A stretch of DNA of 64,000 bases from an uncultured Chloroflexia bacterium. GTDB taxonomy: Bacteria > Chloroflexota > UBA6077 > JACCZL01. The notes under the pieces are model-generated. The model saw only the letters and a program-made list of their open reading frames with translations, had not been told where the DNA came from and did no database searches. Position 1 is the first letter of the stretch; every line of letters begins with the position of its first letter. The stretch spans positions 1 to 64,000 of the forward strand of contig CAVXYC010000001.1 of the NCBI GenBank assembly GCA_963765765.1, written 5' to 3'. The translations under genes were made by a program, and so were the position numbers. Positions 41,817 to 53,625 of the stretch are shown one piece after another.

Positions 41817-42272
41817 TCATCCCGCGGCTCCCTGGCCCTGTGGGAGATTGAGCTTAAAGAATACTTCTGCATCCCCAACCGTCACCCGTTCCCCGCGCTG
41901 GTTCTCCGCCCAGATCTCAAGTGACGCGAGCACTCTTCCATCTCCTTGGGGAGCTATTCCATTGATGGCTCCGCGGCACGTAAGCGCGTCACCCAGCCGT
42001 ACCATGCCAACGAATCTCACGTCGAGCCGGCGCGTGGCTCCCGGGCCGGCCAGGTACGTCAGGTAGTGACCAAGGAAGCCCATAGAGAGCATGCCGTGGG
42101 CAATGACTCCGTTCAGGCCGCGCTCCCTGGCGGTCTCCACGTCCGTATGGATGAGATTGTCATCGCCCGAAGCGCCGGCATAGCGAAGTATCTGGGTCTT
42201 TGTAACCGCCGGTTTCTCCAGTGGCGGCAGGGATTGTCCAACCTCGAGATCGGCGGCGCGAAGGACGGCCAC
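41817..42272 (-). CDS. MaoC-family dehydratase (catalytic subunit)
   Basis: YAGASGDDNLIHTD..VIAHGML. Confidence 0.88.
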   Translation of the reverse strand: MAVLRAADLEVGQSLPPLEKPAVTKTQILRYAGASGDDNLIHTDVETARERGLNGVIAHGMLSMGFLGHYLTYLAGPGATRRLDVRFVGMVRLGDALTCRGAINGIAPQGDGRVLASLEIWAENQRGERVTVGDAEVFFKLNLPQGQGAAG

Positions 42273-42273
42273 C

Positions 42274-42675
42274 TTAGTGGGTGAGGCGCGTCGACCGCGC
42301 CCGATAGACGAGATTGCCCCCGGGATCGCGGCCCTCGGTATCGCTCACGATGAACGTCATCCGGCCGAGCTTCCCCTGTTTCTCGAAGACATCGACGATT
42401 TCCTCCACGACGGTGATAACGTCGCCGGCAACCAGTGGCCGTTCGTACTGGTACTCCTGGTTGGTGTGGATGAATGACGAACGATCGACGCCCTGGAACC
42501 ACGGAACGTCATCCATCCTGAAGGTCGTAGGGAATGTCGGCGGCGCGATGTCACCGCGCTGATACTCCGGCGTTTGATCATCAATGGCGCGAGCAAGTTT
42601 ACGGATCGCGCCACGCTCAACTTCGAACCTGGCCGGCGTCGACTTCATGCCTATGATGGACCGATCGATAGTCAC
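42274..42675 (-). CDS. MaoC dehydratase N-terminal-like (HadA-type) partner
   Basis: VERGAIRKLARAI, APPTF, HTNQEYQYERPLVAGD. Confidence 0.85.
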   Translation of the reverse strand: MTIDRSIIGMKSTPARFEVERGAIRKLARAIDDQTPEYQRGDIAPPTFPTTFRMDDVPWFQGVDRSSFIHTNQEYQYERPLVAGDVITVVEEIVDVFEKQGKLGRMTFIVSDTEGRDPGGNLVYRARSTRLTH

Positions 42676-42852
42676 TCCGCCTCCTCATTACGGACTCAGC
42701 GGCACGCAGACCGATTCACCTGCGATGTAGTTTGGAGCCTTAGACTCCAGGCGCTTGTCATCTTGTTCCCGCCTGAGCTGCTCAGTTTTATCAGGAAATT
42801 AGAATTGGCACGCTGACGCGCCGCGCCTCGAAGGAGGGCATGGTGACGGAAA

Positions 42853-45010
42853 TCACCGCGGTGAAGTAGATAATGAATCGCCAGCCGCGTGAGTGACGAT
42901 TCCAAGCTGGTGAGCTTTGTGAGCAGCCTCGGCGCGCGTGGCGCAGTTGAGCTTGCTGAGAACGTTGCTCACGTACATCTCCACAGTACGGGGACTGAGC
43001 ATGAGCAGCTCGGCAATCTCCTTACTGGTGTGCCCCTGGCACACTGAGCTAAGCACCTCGAGCTCGCGCGGTGACAGACCGCCGCGCTCCAGGAAGCGCG
43101 CCGCTCGTCGACCTAACCTTTTGTCCACCGTTTCACCTAGCTCGCTGAGCTCGTGAGCAGCTTCCAATGCGAGAGGACGGGCGCCAAGCTTTTGAGCGGT
43201 GCGGTATGCATCGGTCAGCAATCCAATTGCAGACGGCGTATCTCCCAGCTTGGCCCGGGCGACGCCTGCTCTGAGCTGGACGCGGGCGCGCTCATAGGGC
43301 ACTTCAAGCGGCGCCAGCAGAGAGAGGGATCGATCGAAGTGCTCCACAGCTTGCTGAACGTTGGCCATTAATAGCGCCGACTCCGCCAGAGCCGTCGCCG
43401 CTCCCGCAAGGGCTTCCGCATTGCCCGTTTCAGCGGCGATGGCTGAAAGGATCCGTGCGCACGTCCGGGCTTCGGCCTCCATGCCAGCGCGGGCAAAAAA
43501 CGTCGCCGCGTCCCCGAGAGGCGATACCACGTAGTGGCGATCCTCCGTGCGATTCCAATGCTCCAGGATGAAGCGATAGCGCTCCGCAGTTTCGGGGCGG
43601 CCTTCCTGCTCATCGAGCATCGCCAGATTCCACGCGCTGTCGATCACCAGTGCAGCGATCCCTATCTCCTTCGATCGCTCATGCGCTTCACTCAACAGGG
43701 CACGTGCTCGCGTACGCTCGCCACGTAGAACCTGAAATGAGCCGAGCATGCCTGTGGCAATGACTCGAGCGGCCGTGGGTGCGCCGTCGTCATCGATGAC
43801 CGCACGGCATATCTCGGTGCCGCGATCCCACTCGCCAGTCTGACGCAGCACCACGGCCAGGCAGCCCAGACACACGAGCTGCATCACGGGCGCATCGTTA
43901 GTCTGGCAGAAGGAGATTGCCTCCCCGTAGGCATTCCTCGTTGCAGCGTAATCGGTCGACAGGCTCATCGCGTTTGCAAGGCGGTAGTAAGCGTCTGCCG
44001 CAACTTCAACCAGGTTCGCTTCCAGCGCCGATCCGAGCCCCCGTCGGATCATGTCTAGACCGGCTTCCACTTCACCTCGATCTGCCCGTAGCTGACCTTC
44101 CAGCGCCAGTGCGCGGGATTCGATGTCCGGCCGCTGTCTTTCTCTGGCGATGTCCTGGAGGCCGTGGAGTGCCGCAAGGCCATCAGCGAATCGGCCCATG
44201 CCCTCCAGGTGCTCTGCCAACGCGAGGCGCTCGGCCGCGGCTTCCTCAACTGCGTTGCAGGCCTCGAAGGCCTGTCGCGCCGCCTGTCGCGCCTCCACCG
44301 CGGCACCGCCGTCACCCTGCATTTCAAAAAGGCCCGCGAGGTTGCGTTGCACTCGTGCCAGCGAGGGCCAGTCTTTGCGAAATCGATAAAGCTCCGATGA
44401 CTCACGCCAGGAGCGCGCCGCCTCCGCGGCGTTGCCGCTGGCGAAAGAGCATTCCGCGTATCGCTCCAAGACAGTTATTCGCTCGATATCGGCCGTATCC
44501 CGAGGCCATAAATCCAGCGATTTGCGAGCACTCTCCGCCGCGTCTCGATAGGCATGTTGCGCACACGCTTCATCGGCGGCTTTGAGAAAGCTGGAGCGTG
44601 CGGAATCACGTCTGTTGGCCGCTAGCCAATGCTGCGCGATCTCAGTCGCGGGTGCTCCGCCTGAATGAAGAAGCTCCGCGATCTGGCAGTGAATTGCGCG
44701 CCGCTGGGTTCTACTAAGCGTTCGATAGACGCATTCCTGCACCAGGGCGTGTCGAAACATCGCGCGACCATCGCCAGCTTCTCGAATGATTCCCGTATCC
44801 AGCGCGTCGTCAATCGCCTCGGGAGCAGCGACTAATTCGGTCACGACGTCGAGATCAAACGACGGGCCGGCAACTGCCGCGACGTCCAGCGCGGCGCGCG
44901 TGGCGCTGGAGAGCGCTGACAACCGAAGGAGCACCGCCTCGTGAATAGTTGTTGGAATTGTGCCACTGGTTGGTTCGAACTGGGAATCTCGGAGCGACTC
45001 ACTCAGTGCC
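42853..45010 (-). pseudogene. LuxR-family ATPase/TPR regulator, 5'-truncated
   Basis: IPTTIHEAVLLRL, FRHALVQE, TPR-like body, LSPRELEVL..IAELLMLSPRTVE..SKL; P-loop domain missing. Confidence 0.85.
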
Positions 45011-45853
45011 GTTTCGGGACTTGCTCGCGGTCGTAGAGCGCGCGCGTATCGTGCCGTTCGTCGGTGCGGGCATGTCCAAGCCGATGGGCATGCCGTTGTG
45101 GGGTGAAGCGCTCAAGGAACTGCTGGGCCGCTTGCCCGGTGCCGATGCTGCGGCGATCAACGCACAGATCGACGCAGGGCATTACCTTGGGGCCGCCCAG
45201 GCCCTGGTGGACCATGACGACGTACAGACGACAAACTTCGTCCGCACGAAGTACCGCATCCAGAAAATCAAGCTGGGTGGGCCGATGGTGCTGCTGCCGC
45301 GGATCGCGAAGGGCTGCGTCGTCACGACGAACTTCGACGACGCGATCGAGGAGACCTATCGGGGGGTAAACGTGGAGTTCAAGGCTACATGCACGGAACG
45401 CAGGAGCACAACTTCTTCCCGCGTCCGGTGCGCGGCGACCACTGCCTGCTCAAGTTGCACGGCGACGCGGACAACGCCGCCACCCATATCCTGACCAGGC
45501 GCAGTACGCCGACGGCTACGGTTGCCCGTTCGACTTCCACAAGCCGTTGCCAAAGGCATTGCGGCAGGTGTTCGTTTCGCAGTCGCTGCTGTTCCTCGGT
45601 TGTAGTCTGGAGCAGGACCGGACGTTGGAACTGTTCGCGCAGGCCAAGCAGGCGGAAGAGTACGTCATACCCAACCACTACGCGATCCTGCCCGCGCCGG
45701 ACGACGCCCTGGCCAAGCAGCAGAAGGAGACGCGGCTGCTCGGGGTTGAACATCCAACCGCTGTGGTACCCGGCGGGTGAACACTAGTTCGTCGCCCGGG
45801 ACCTGCAACTCATCGTCGATGTGGCCGAGCGGCGCATCAGCTACAACGGGTGA
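45010..45853 (+). CDS. SIR2-like (SIR2_2) protein, 5'-truncated and frameshifted
   Basis: VPFVGAGMS, VTTNFD, LKLHGD, LLFLGCSL. Confidence 0.88.
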
Positions 45854-45862
45854 CTCGCCCAA

Positions 45863-48800
45863 ATGCTCACTGAGAACGAACTCGAAGCGCTGGCGCTCAC
45901 TTGGTTCCAGGACTCCGGCTGGGAGTACCGCCACGGCCCGGACATCGCGCCGGACGGCGAGACGCCAGAGCGCGCAGACTACCGGCAGGTGGTGCTCACC
46001 GGCCGGCTGCGCGAAGCGCTTCAGCGCCTGAACCTCGACATGCCGGAGTTCGTAAGCGATGAAGTGCTGCATCGCGTGACGACGCTGCATGAGCTGTCGC
46101 TCGTGCAGAGCAACCTGTGCTTCCACGAGGCGCTGGTGGATGGTCTCCCAGTGGAAGTGGAACAAGGCGGCGAGAAGCGCGGCGACCGGGTGCGGCTGAT
46201 CGACTTCGACCACCCGCAGGCAAACCGCTACCTGGTGGTGAGCCAGTACACGGTGCAAGGCAGCAAGCAGCCGCGGCGGCCGGACCTGGTGTGCTTCATC
46301 AACGGGTTGCCGATTGCCGTGATCGAGCTGAAGAACCTGGCCGCGCAGCAGGCCGACATCTGGTCGGCTTTCAACCAGCTCGACGCCTATAAGACCGAGA
46401 TCGCGGGCTTGTTCGTGTTCAACGAGGCGATGGTGATCTCCGACGGGCTGAATGCGCGCGTGGGCTCGCTGACGGCCAGCCGCGAACGCTTTCTGCCGTG
46501 GCGCACGGTGCGCAACGAGAATGACCGGCCGCTGCTGGAGTTCGAGCTGGAGAAGGTGGTGCGCGGCTTCTTCGCGCCCGAGCTGCTGCTCGACTACCTG
46601 CGCTACTTCGTCCTTTTCGAGCAGGGCGACGACGGTATCGCCAAGAAGATCGCCGGCTACCACCAGTTCCACGCGGTGCGCGAGGCGGTGCGGGTTGCGG
46701 TGATCGCAGCGACGCAGGCCATCGCCGGCGAGTACGGTACGGGAAGAGCGAGCGACCTACGGTCGGGAGGTGATCCCGGTTCGCGCAAGGGCGGCATCGT
46801 CTGGCACACGCAGGGATCGGGCAAGAGCATGTCGATGGTGTGTTTCGCGGCCAAGCTGATGCAACGGCCGGAGATGAAGAATCCGACGATCATCGTGGTG
46901 ACCGACCGCAACGACCTGGACGGGCAGCTCTTCCAGACGTTCATGGGTGCGCGTGCGCTGCTGAAAGAGACGCCACAGCAGGCGGAGGACCGCGAGCAAC
47001 TGCGCTCGCTGCTTGCCGGCGCGGCCCTCGGGCGGCATCATCTTCAGCACGATGCAGAAGTTTTCGCCGGGTGACGACGAAGAGCGGTTCCCTCGACTCA
47101 CGGAGCGCACCAACATCGTCGTCATCGCCGACGAGGCGCACCGCTCGCAGTACGGCTTCCGCGCCGTGCTGGACAAGAAGTCCGGCCAGTACAAGTATGG
47201 CTTTGCCAAGCATCTGCGCGACGCGCTGCCGAATGCGACCTTCGTCGGCTTCACCGGCACGCCAGTGGAGACGGACGACAAGGATACGCGCGCTGTGTTC
47301 GGCGACTACGTCAGCGTCTACGACATCCAGGACGCGGTGGACGACGGCGCGACCGTGCCGATCTACTACGAAAGCCGCCTGGCCAAGCTGAACATCAACC
47401 AGGCCGAGATCGAGCAGCTCAGCAACCAGGTCGAGGAAATCTTCGAGGACGAGGAGAGCGTCGCGCAGCGCGAGGCGGCCAAGACCAAGTGGGCGGCACT
47501 GGAGAAGCTGGTTGGAGCCGAGCCGCGCATTAGAGAAGTGGCGGCGGACCTCGTGAAGCACTTCGACGCGCGCATCGCCGCTGTGGACGGCAAGGCCATG
47601 GTGGTGGCGATGAGCCGGGAGATCTGCGTGGACCTGTTCGATGCCATCACCGACCTGCGTCCGCAGTGGAAGGGCACGCTGTGTCGAGCCATGACGCAGA
47701 CAGGCCGAGCCACTACAGCCCAGGCGATGGCGTGGTGCGCATTGTGATGACGGGCTCGGCAGCCGACGACGCCAGGCTGCGCCCGCATATCTACAACGCC
47801 AGCGCGAAGAAGCAGCTCGAAAAGCGCTTCAAAGACCCGCAGGACCCGCTGAAGATCGTCATCGTCCGCGACATGTGGCTAACCGGCTTCGACGTGCCCT
47901 GCCTGCACACGATGTATGTGGACAAGCCGATGCGCGACCACAACCTGATGCAGGCCATCGCGCGTGTGAACCGCGTGTTCCGCGACAAGGAGGGCGGGCT
48001 GGTCGTTGATTACATCGGCATCGCGGCCGAGTTGCGGCAAGCACTGCAAGACCTACACCGAGAGCCGTGGCAAGGGGCAGCCCACGCTGGAGACGGCCGA
48101 AGCGCTGGCCAAGCTGAAGGAGTTGATAGAGGTGGCGCGCGGCATGCTACATGGCTTCGATTACTGGGGCTATCGCACCCAGCCTATCGCGCTGCTCCTG
48201 CCGTCCGCGAACTTCGTGCTTGGGCTGGAGGACGGCAAGAAGCGCTGGTCCGATGTGGTGCTGGCGATCACGAAGGCGTTTTCGCTGTGCGGCACACTGG
48301 ACGAGGCCATCGAGCTGCGCGAGGAGATCGCGTTCTTTCAGGCGATCAAGGGCGTCATCGCCAAGGCAACCGAGACCGAAAAGAAGCTCTCACAAGACCG
48401 CAAGAACGCCGTACTGAAGCAGATCCTCGACAACGCCGTGGTCGCCGATGGCGTAGAGGACATTTTCAAACTCGCCGGTCTGGAGAGGCCGGACATCGGG
48501 TTGTTGTCCGACGCATTCCTCAACGAGGTGCGGCAACTGCCGCAACGCAACTTCGCGGTCGAGCTGCTGCAGAAGCTGCTCAACGATGAGATCAAGTCAC
48601 GTAGCCGCACCAACGTGATCCTGGAGAAGAAATTCAGTGAACGCTGCTGGTCGCCGCTTTGAATCGCTACCGCAGCCGCGCGATCGAGAGCGCGCAGGTC
48701 ATCGAAGAGCTGATCCGATGGCCAAGGAGTTCCGCGAGGCGGCAAAGCGTGGCGAGAAACTTAGCCTGAACGAGTCCGAGCTCGCTTTCTATGACGCGCT

Positions 48801-49050
48801 CGCGAACAACGAGAGCGCCGTGCGCGAGCTGGGTGACGATGTGCTGAAAAAGATTGCGTTCGAGCTGACCGAGAAGCTGCGCGTGAGTACGAGCGTCGAT
48901 TGGCAGAAGCGTGAGAGCGTGCGGGCACGGCTGCGCAACCTGGTGCGCATCACGTTACGCCGACACAAATACCCGCCGGATCAGCAGGAAGAGGCCATTC
49001 AGTTGGTCTTGGAACAGGCTGAACGACTCTCCGATGATTGGACGAAGTAG
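45863..49050 (+). CDS. hsdR: type I restriction endonuclease subunit R, frameshifted
   Basis: [72 protein letters not shown]. Confidence 0.95.
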
Positions 49051-49224
49051 GCAACAACCGGTCGACGACCAGCACCCGTCGCCGGAGTGGCGCCCAAGAA
49101 ACAGCTGCCGCGGGCGGGCATCAACGCGAGGTGAATACGGTCTTCGCAGGATGGCTGGCGGCGACTCTTACGCCATACTGAGCGCGAGTGACCTATCGAT
49201 GGCGAAGTTGATCAGTGGCCGCCC

Positions 49225-50422
49225 TCACGAGCGCCGATCACCCCGCGGCTCGATGAAGCCTCGCACCTCGTCGGCGCTGAAGCCGAGCTCCGCGACGATT
49301 TCGTTCGAATCCTGCCCCAGGGCGGGAATCCGATCGGTACGCTGCTGCATAGAGGCTAGATTCATCGGGTGGCCCAGCAGTTTGATCGGTCCAGCCTCGC
49401 TATCGAACTCGTGCCAGCGGTCGCGTACGTCGAGCTGCTCATGCTTGGCCAGCGATTCCACGTCGTTGACGCGACCATTGGGGATATCGGCTCGCTCCAG
49501 AAGATCGATTGCTTCGGCCTGGGTCAAACGACCAAGCTGGGTCTCGATCAGCGGCTCGAGCTCAGTTCGATTCTGAACGCGCTTCTCATTAGCGTTGAAG
49601 CGCGGATCGTTCACCAGGTCATGACGTTCCATCACGACCTCGCAGAGACGCGCCCACTGGCGCGGATTCTCCACCGCGATATTCACCAGCAAACCGTCGC
49701 CACACCGATACACGCCGTACGGCACGATGACGTTGTGGCGCATACCGGCGCGTGGCAGCTTTCGATCGGCAAAGCTGTAGAAGTAGGCAAAAGGCGACAT
49801 CCAGTCCGCCATGCACTCCAGCATGGAGATATCGATGGAGTCACCTTTGCCGGTGATGTCTCTCTGACGCAGCGCGAGAAGCACCGAGCTAAAGGCGTAC
49901 ATGCCCGCGCTGATATCGCAGACGCTGATGCCGACCTTGGCTGGAAAGTCCGGCGTGCCCGTGACCGAGATCAAGGCGCTCTCTCCCTGGAGGAGCAAGT
50001 CGAACGCCTTCTTGTCGCGGTACGGTCCGTCCTGGCCGTAGCCCGGAGATATTGCAGTAGATCACACCCGGCTTACTGGCGCTGACGGCCTCGTATCCGA
50101 AGCCGAGTCGATCTAGGGCGCCCGGCGCCAGGTTTTGAAGGACAATATCTGCCGAATCAACCAGTCTGCGGGTGATCTCCTCCGCGCCCGTCGCCTTGAG
50201 GTCGATGGCCAGACTGCGCTTCCCACGGTTCAGCCACACGAAGTAGGCGCTCTGGCCGTTAACGGCCGTGTCATAGTGACGACCAAAGTCGCCACCTTCC
50301 GGCCGCTCAATCTTGATGATCTCCGCGCCGGCGTCCGCCAGATGCCGCGTTGCCAGCGGGCCGGCGACCGCCTGCTCAAAGGCGACGACGCGAAGGCCGG
50401 ACAGAGGGAAACCGGTCGTCAT
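49225..50422 (-). CDS. CaiB/BaiF family III CoA-transferase, frameshifted
   Basis: LSGLRVV..AVAGP..LADAGAEIIKIERP.GGD, NRGKRS, DISAGMY. Confidence 0.92.
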
Positions 50423-50441
50423 CTGGGGATCACCCGAGGGA

Positions 50442-50540
50442 ACCCTACCCCAGCCCTCCCCGTGCTCGGGGCGGGGGCCGGATTCGCCAGTCTTCTCGAT
50501 CATGCCCCCTCCCCGAGCACGGGGAGGGCTGGGGTAGGGT
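50442..50540. repeat. REP-like inverted doublet
   Basis: 37-bp inverted repeat (36/37) ACCCTACCCCAGCCCTCCCCGTGCTCGGGGMGGGGGC, each unit itself a hairpin. Confidence 0.8.
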
Positions 50541-50570
50541 CGCTTTCGCGGCTTCCGCATCACCGGGCGC

Positions 50571-52260
50571 TTAACCCGTGACCGCCCCAATGGACGCCGA
50601 AGACACGAGCTTGGCGTACTTGGCCAGTGTACCGGTCGTGTACTTAGGAGGAGGCGCGGTCCAGGCATCCAGGCGGCTCTTGATTTCATCGTCCGAAAGC
50701 GCCACGGACAGTTCTCGCTTGGGGATGTCGATGGTGACCATGTCGCCTTCCCGCAGGATGGCGATCGGTCCACCGGTCATCGCCTCAGGCGCTACGTGCC
50801 CCACACAGAAGCCACGGCTAGCGCCGCTGAAGCGACCGTCGGTGATCAGCGCTACGTCATCGCCGTGACCCTGGCCCACGAGCGCACCGGTCACCGCCAG
50901 CATCTCGCGCATGCCGGGACCGCCCTTGGGCCCTTCGTAGCGGATGACGATCACGTCGCCGGCGTTGATCTCGCTGCGCATGATCGCGCGGAAGGCATCC
51001 TCCTCCGTGTCGTAAACCCGCGCCGGGCCGGTCTGTGAGGTGCGATCGGTGCCCGCCGCCTTGATGACCGCGCCCTCAGGAGCAAGGTTGCCGCGAAGAA
51101 TCGCCAGGCCGCCATCGGCGTGGCGCGGGCTGGACACCTCGCGGATCACGTCCTGGCCAGGCGTCTCTTTGAACTTTGGCAGCGTCTCCGACCATGTACC
51201 GCCCGTGATGGTGCGCTGGCTTCCATCGAAGAGGCCGGCTTCGATCAATCTACGGATGACAATTGGGACACCGCCGGCCTTGTCGAGGTCGGTCATGACG
51301 TAGCGGCCGCCAGGCGACATATCACCGATGAGCGGCACCCTGCGGCCCATCTCGTCGAAGTCGTCGATGTTCAAGCTCAACACCGGCTTCATGGGCAATG
51401 GCGAGAAGGTGCAGCACGGCATTCGTCGAGCCGCCCATCGCCAGCACTACCGCGATGGCGTTATCAAAGGCTTTGCGGGTGAGGATGTCGCGCGGGCGAA
51501 CGTTCTCGCGCAGAAGCTGCACCACGCGCTCGCCAGCCTGATAGGCCTCTTTGTATTTGCGGCCATCCACTGCCGGATAGGCTGCCCCGCCGGGAATCAT
51601 CATGCCAATCGCTTCAATAGCCGATGACATCGTGTTGGCGGTGAAAAGGCCACCGCACGCGCCGGCTCCGGGGCAGGCCACGTTCTCGAGCTCGCGCACT
51701 TCTTCGAACGACATGGAGCCCTTGGAGTACGCCCCGACTGCCTCGAAGACGTGCTGGACGGTGACTTCTTTTCCACGATAGACGCCGGGCATGATGCTGC
51801 CGCCATAGACGAAGACGGACGGGAGATTCAGGCGGGCTATGGCCATAAGCGCGCCGGGCTGGGTCTTGTCGCAGCCAGCCAGCGTCACCAGAGCATCCAG
51901 CCGATGACCGAAGACGGTCAGCTCGATGGTGTCAGCGATCCAGTCGCGGCTGATGAGCGAGGCTTTCATGCCCTCCGTGCCCATGGCGATGCCGTCAGTC
52001 ACGGAGATGGTGTTGAACTCCAGCGGCAGCCCACCGGCTGCGCGGATACCCTGCTTCACTTGCTGCGCCAGATCGTGCAGGTTGGCCTGGCACGGTGTCA
52101 TCTCGTTCCAGGTGCTGGCAATCCCGATGAGCGGCTTGTTGTCCAGGTCATCGTCGGAGACGCCGACCGCGTGAAAGTACGAGCGCGCAGCGGCGCGCTC
52201 AACGCCCTCGGTGATCTCCTTGCTGAGATGCTTCAAACTGCCGTTACCGGACTCCGCCAT
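50571..52260 (-). CDS. ilvD: dihydroxy-acid dehydratase, frameshifted
   Basis: [60 protein letters not shown]. Confidence 0.95.
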
Positions 52261-52374
52261 GAGTGATCTCCCCGTGATTCATTGCACACGTCTATGTAGC
52301 CGGGAAGGATACAGCAGCGCCCTATCACCGTCGCATGTAGTGAGTGATTCAGCGCCTGTGGGGCGGCTTCCTGA

Positions 52375-53604
52375 TCAGCCGCGCACGCTCTTGCAGATGT
52401 TGATGACGGTGTTGACCATCTCCGTGCCGGTATCAGTACCGCGGGCGGGGTAGCGCTCCAGGTGGTTGTAGTCGGGCATGCTGGCAGGGTCCGCTACGGG
52501 CACGTCAGCGCGGCGGCTGTTGCGCGCCACCGGGTCTCCCCAGGCCTCCAACCAGGCTAATTGCCCTTCCCGACTCCAGAACCAGTTCAGGAACACCTTT
52601 GACGCGTTCGGATGCGGCGCATTCTTGAATACGGCCACCGCGGCCACCGCCGCGCTACCGCCCTCGAACTGGAGAAGCTCCACGTTCTTGCCGACACCCT
52701 CAGCCTGGAGCCGTGCTACGTTCTGATCGTCGGCCCCAATGGCAATGGGATAGCGTCCGGTTGCCACCCACTCGCTGGTGATCCGGACCGTCTCCTGGAA
52801 TACGGGTTGCGGCTCGGTCAGCAGCCGTCGCACGAAGTCCTCACCTTTGGCATTCAAGACACCCGTCAACGTGAGCGTTCCCTGAGCCGGCACCGTGCAG
52901 TCGTCCACTACTACCTTGCCGCGCCACTTCGGATCCAGCAGACCGTCGAGCGAATTGAGCTCGTCGCGCGGAATGACATCCCGATTCACGTAGAGCGTAT
53001 GACGAACTGCCCAATCGTGAATCAGGATGTACGGCTTGTCCGGTGCGGTGTAAAGCTCGAACTTACCGCCGTGCCACTTGGCCGGATCGATGGCGTCTGG
53101 GAGAAGAAAGAACGGGCGGATGTCCTGGAATGCATCCGCGGGCATCAACACCTCATGCATATTGGTGGCGCCGCTGGACTCCATGACGTCCCACGCGAAC
53201 ACGCCATTCCGCTGCTCGCCGATCAGCTTCGGCGAGAAGTCGCTGGGTCGCGCGCCGGTGTGCTCCACCGGGATGTCGGGGAATGCCTTCTGGAAGGCAG
53301 CCATAAGGCGCTGATCGTTGGAGCCCGGCATGGTGGCGATGATCAGCTTCTCGCGCTTGGCCGCTTCCACCGTGCGTTCCCATTCCGCCTGCCACGACGG
53401 CGTCTGGGCGGCCGGGACCGCACTCTCAGGCTTTGGCGCGGCCGTTGGCTTGCTCTCGCCCTGTGCGGGAGCCGCGGTCGGCGCCGTGGGCTGGCCCGAT
53501 CCGGCGGGGGCGGTCGGGCTCGCTGAAGGCGCGGCACAGGCTGCCAGCATAAGCACAGTGATGCAGAGGCCCACCAGGTGGGGGCCTCGGTTGACTACGG
53601 GCAT
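52375..53604 (-). CDS. ABC transporter substrate-binding lipoprotein (Fe/polyamine/thiamine-like cluster)
   Basis: Lipobox LAAC, Pro/Ala linker, LLDPKWRGK, NAPHPNASKVFLNW..SREGQ. Confidence 0.88.
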   Translation of the reverse strand: MPVVNRGPHLVGLCITVLMLAACAAPSASPTAPAGSGQPTAPTAAPAQGESKPTAAPKPESAVPAAQTPSWQAEWERTVEAAKREKLIIATMPGSNDQRLMAAFQKAFPDIPVEHTGARPSDFSPKLIGEQRNGVFAWDVMESSGATNMHEVLMPADAFQDIRPFFLLPDAIDPAKWHGGKFELYTAPDKPYILIHDWAVRHTLYVNRDVIPRDELNSLDGLLDPKWRGKVVVDDCTVPAQGTLTLTGVLNAKGEDFVRRLLTEPQPVFQETVRITSEWVATGRYPIAIGADDQNVARLQAEGVGKNVELLQFEGGSAAVAAVAVFKNAPHPNASKVFLNWFWSREGQLAWLEAWGDPVARNSRRADVPVADPASMPDYNHLERYPARGTDTGTEMVNTVINICKSVRG

Positions 53605-53625
53605 GATCCTCCTCCGAAAGTGCGA

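Noticed and set aside
2033-52260. Mass pseudogenisation or programmed frameshifting
   Set aside because: Single-base shifts hit housekeeping-type genes such as ilvD as well as accessory ones, which is typical of long-read indel error.
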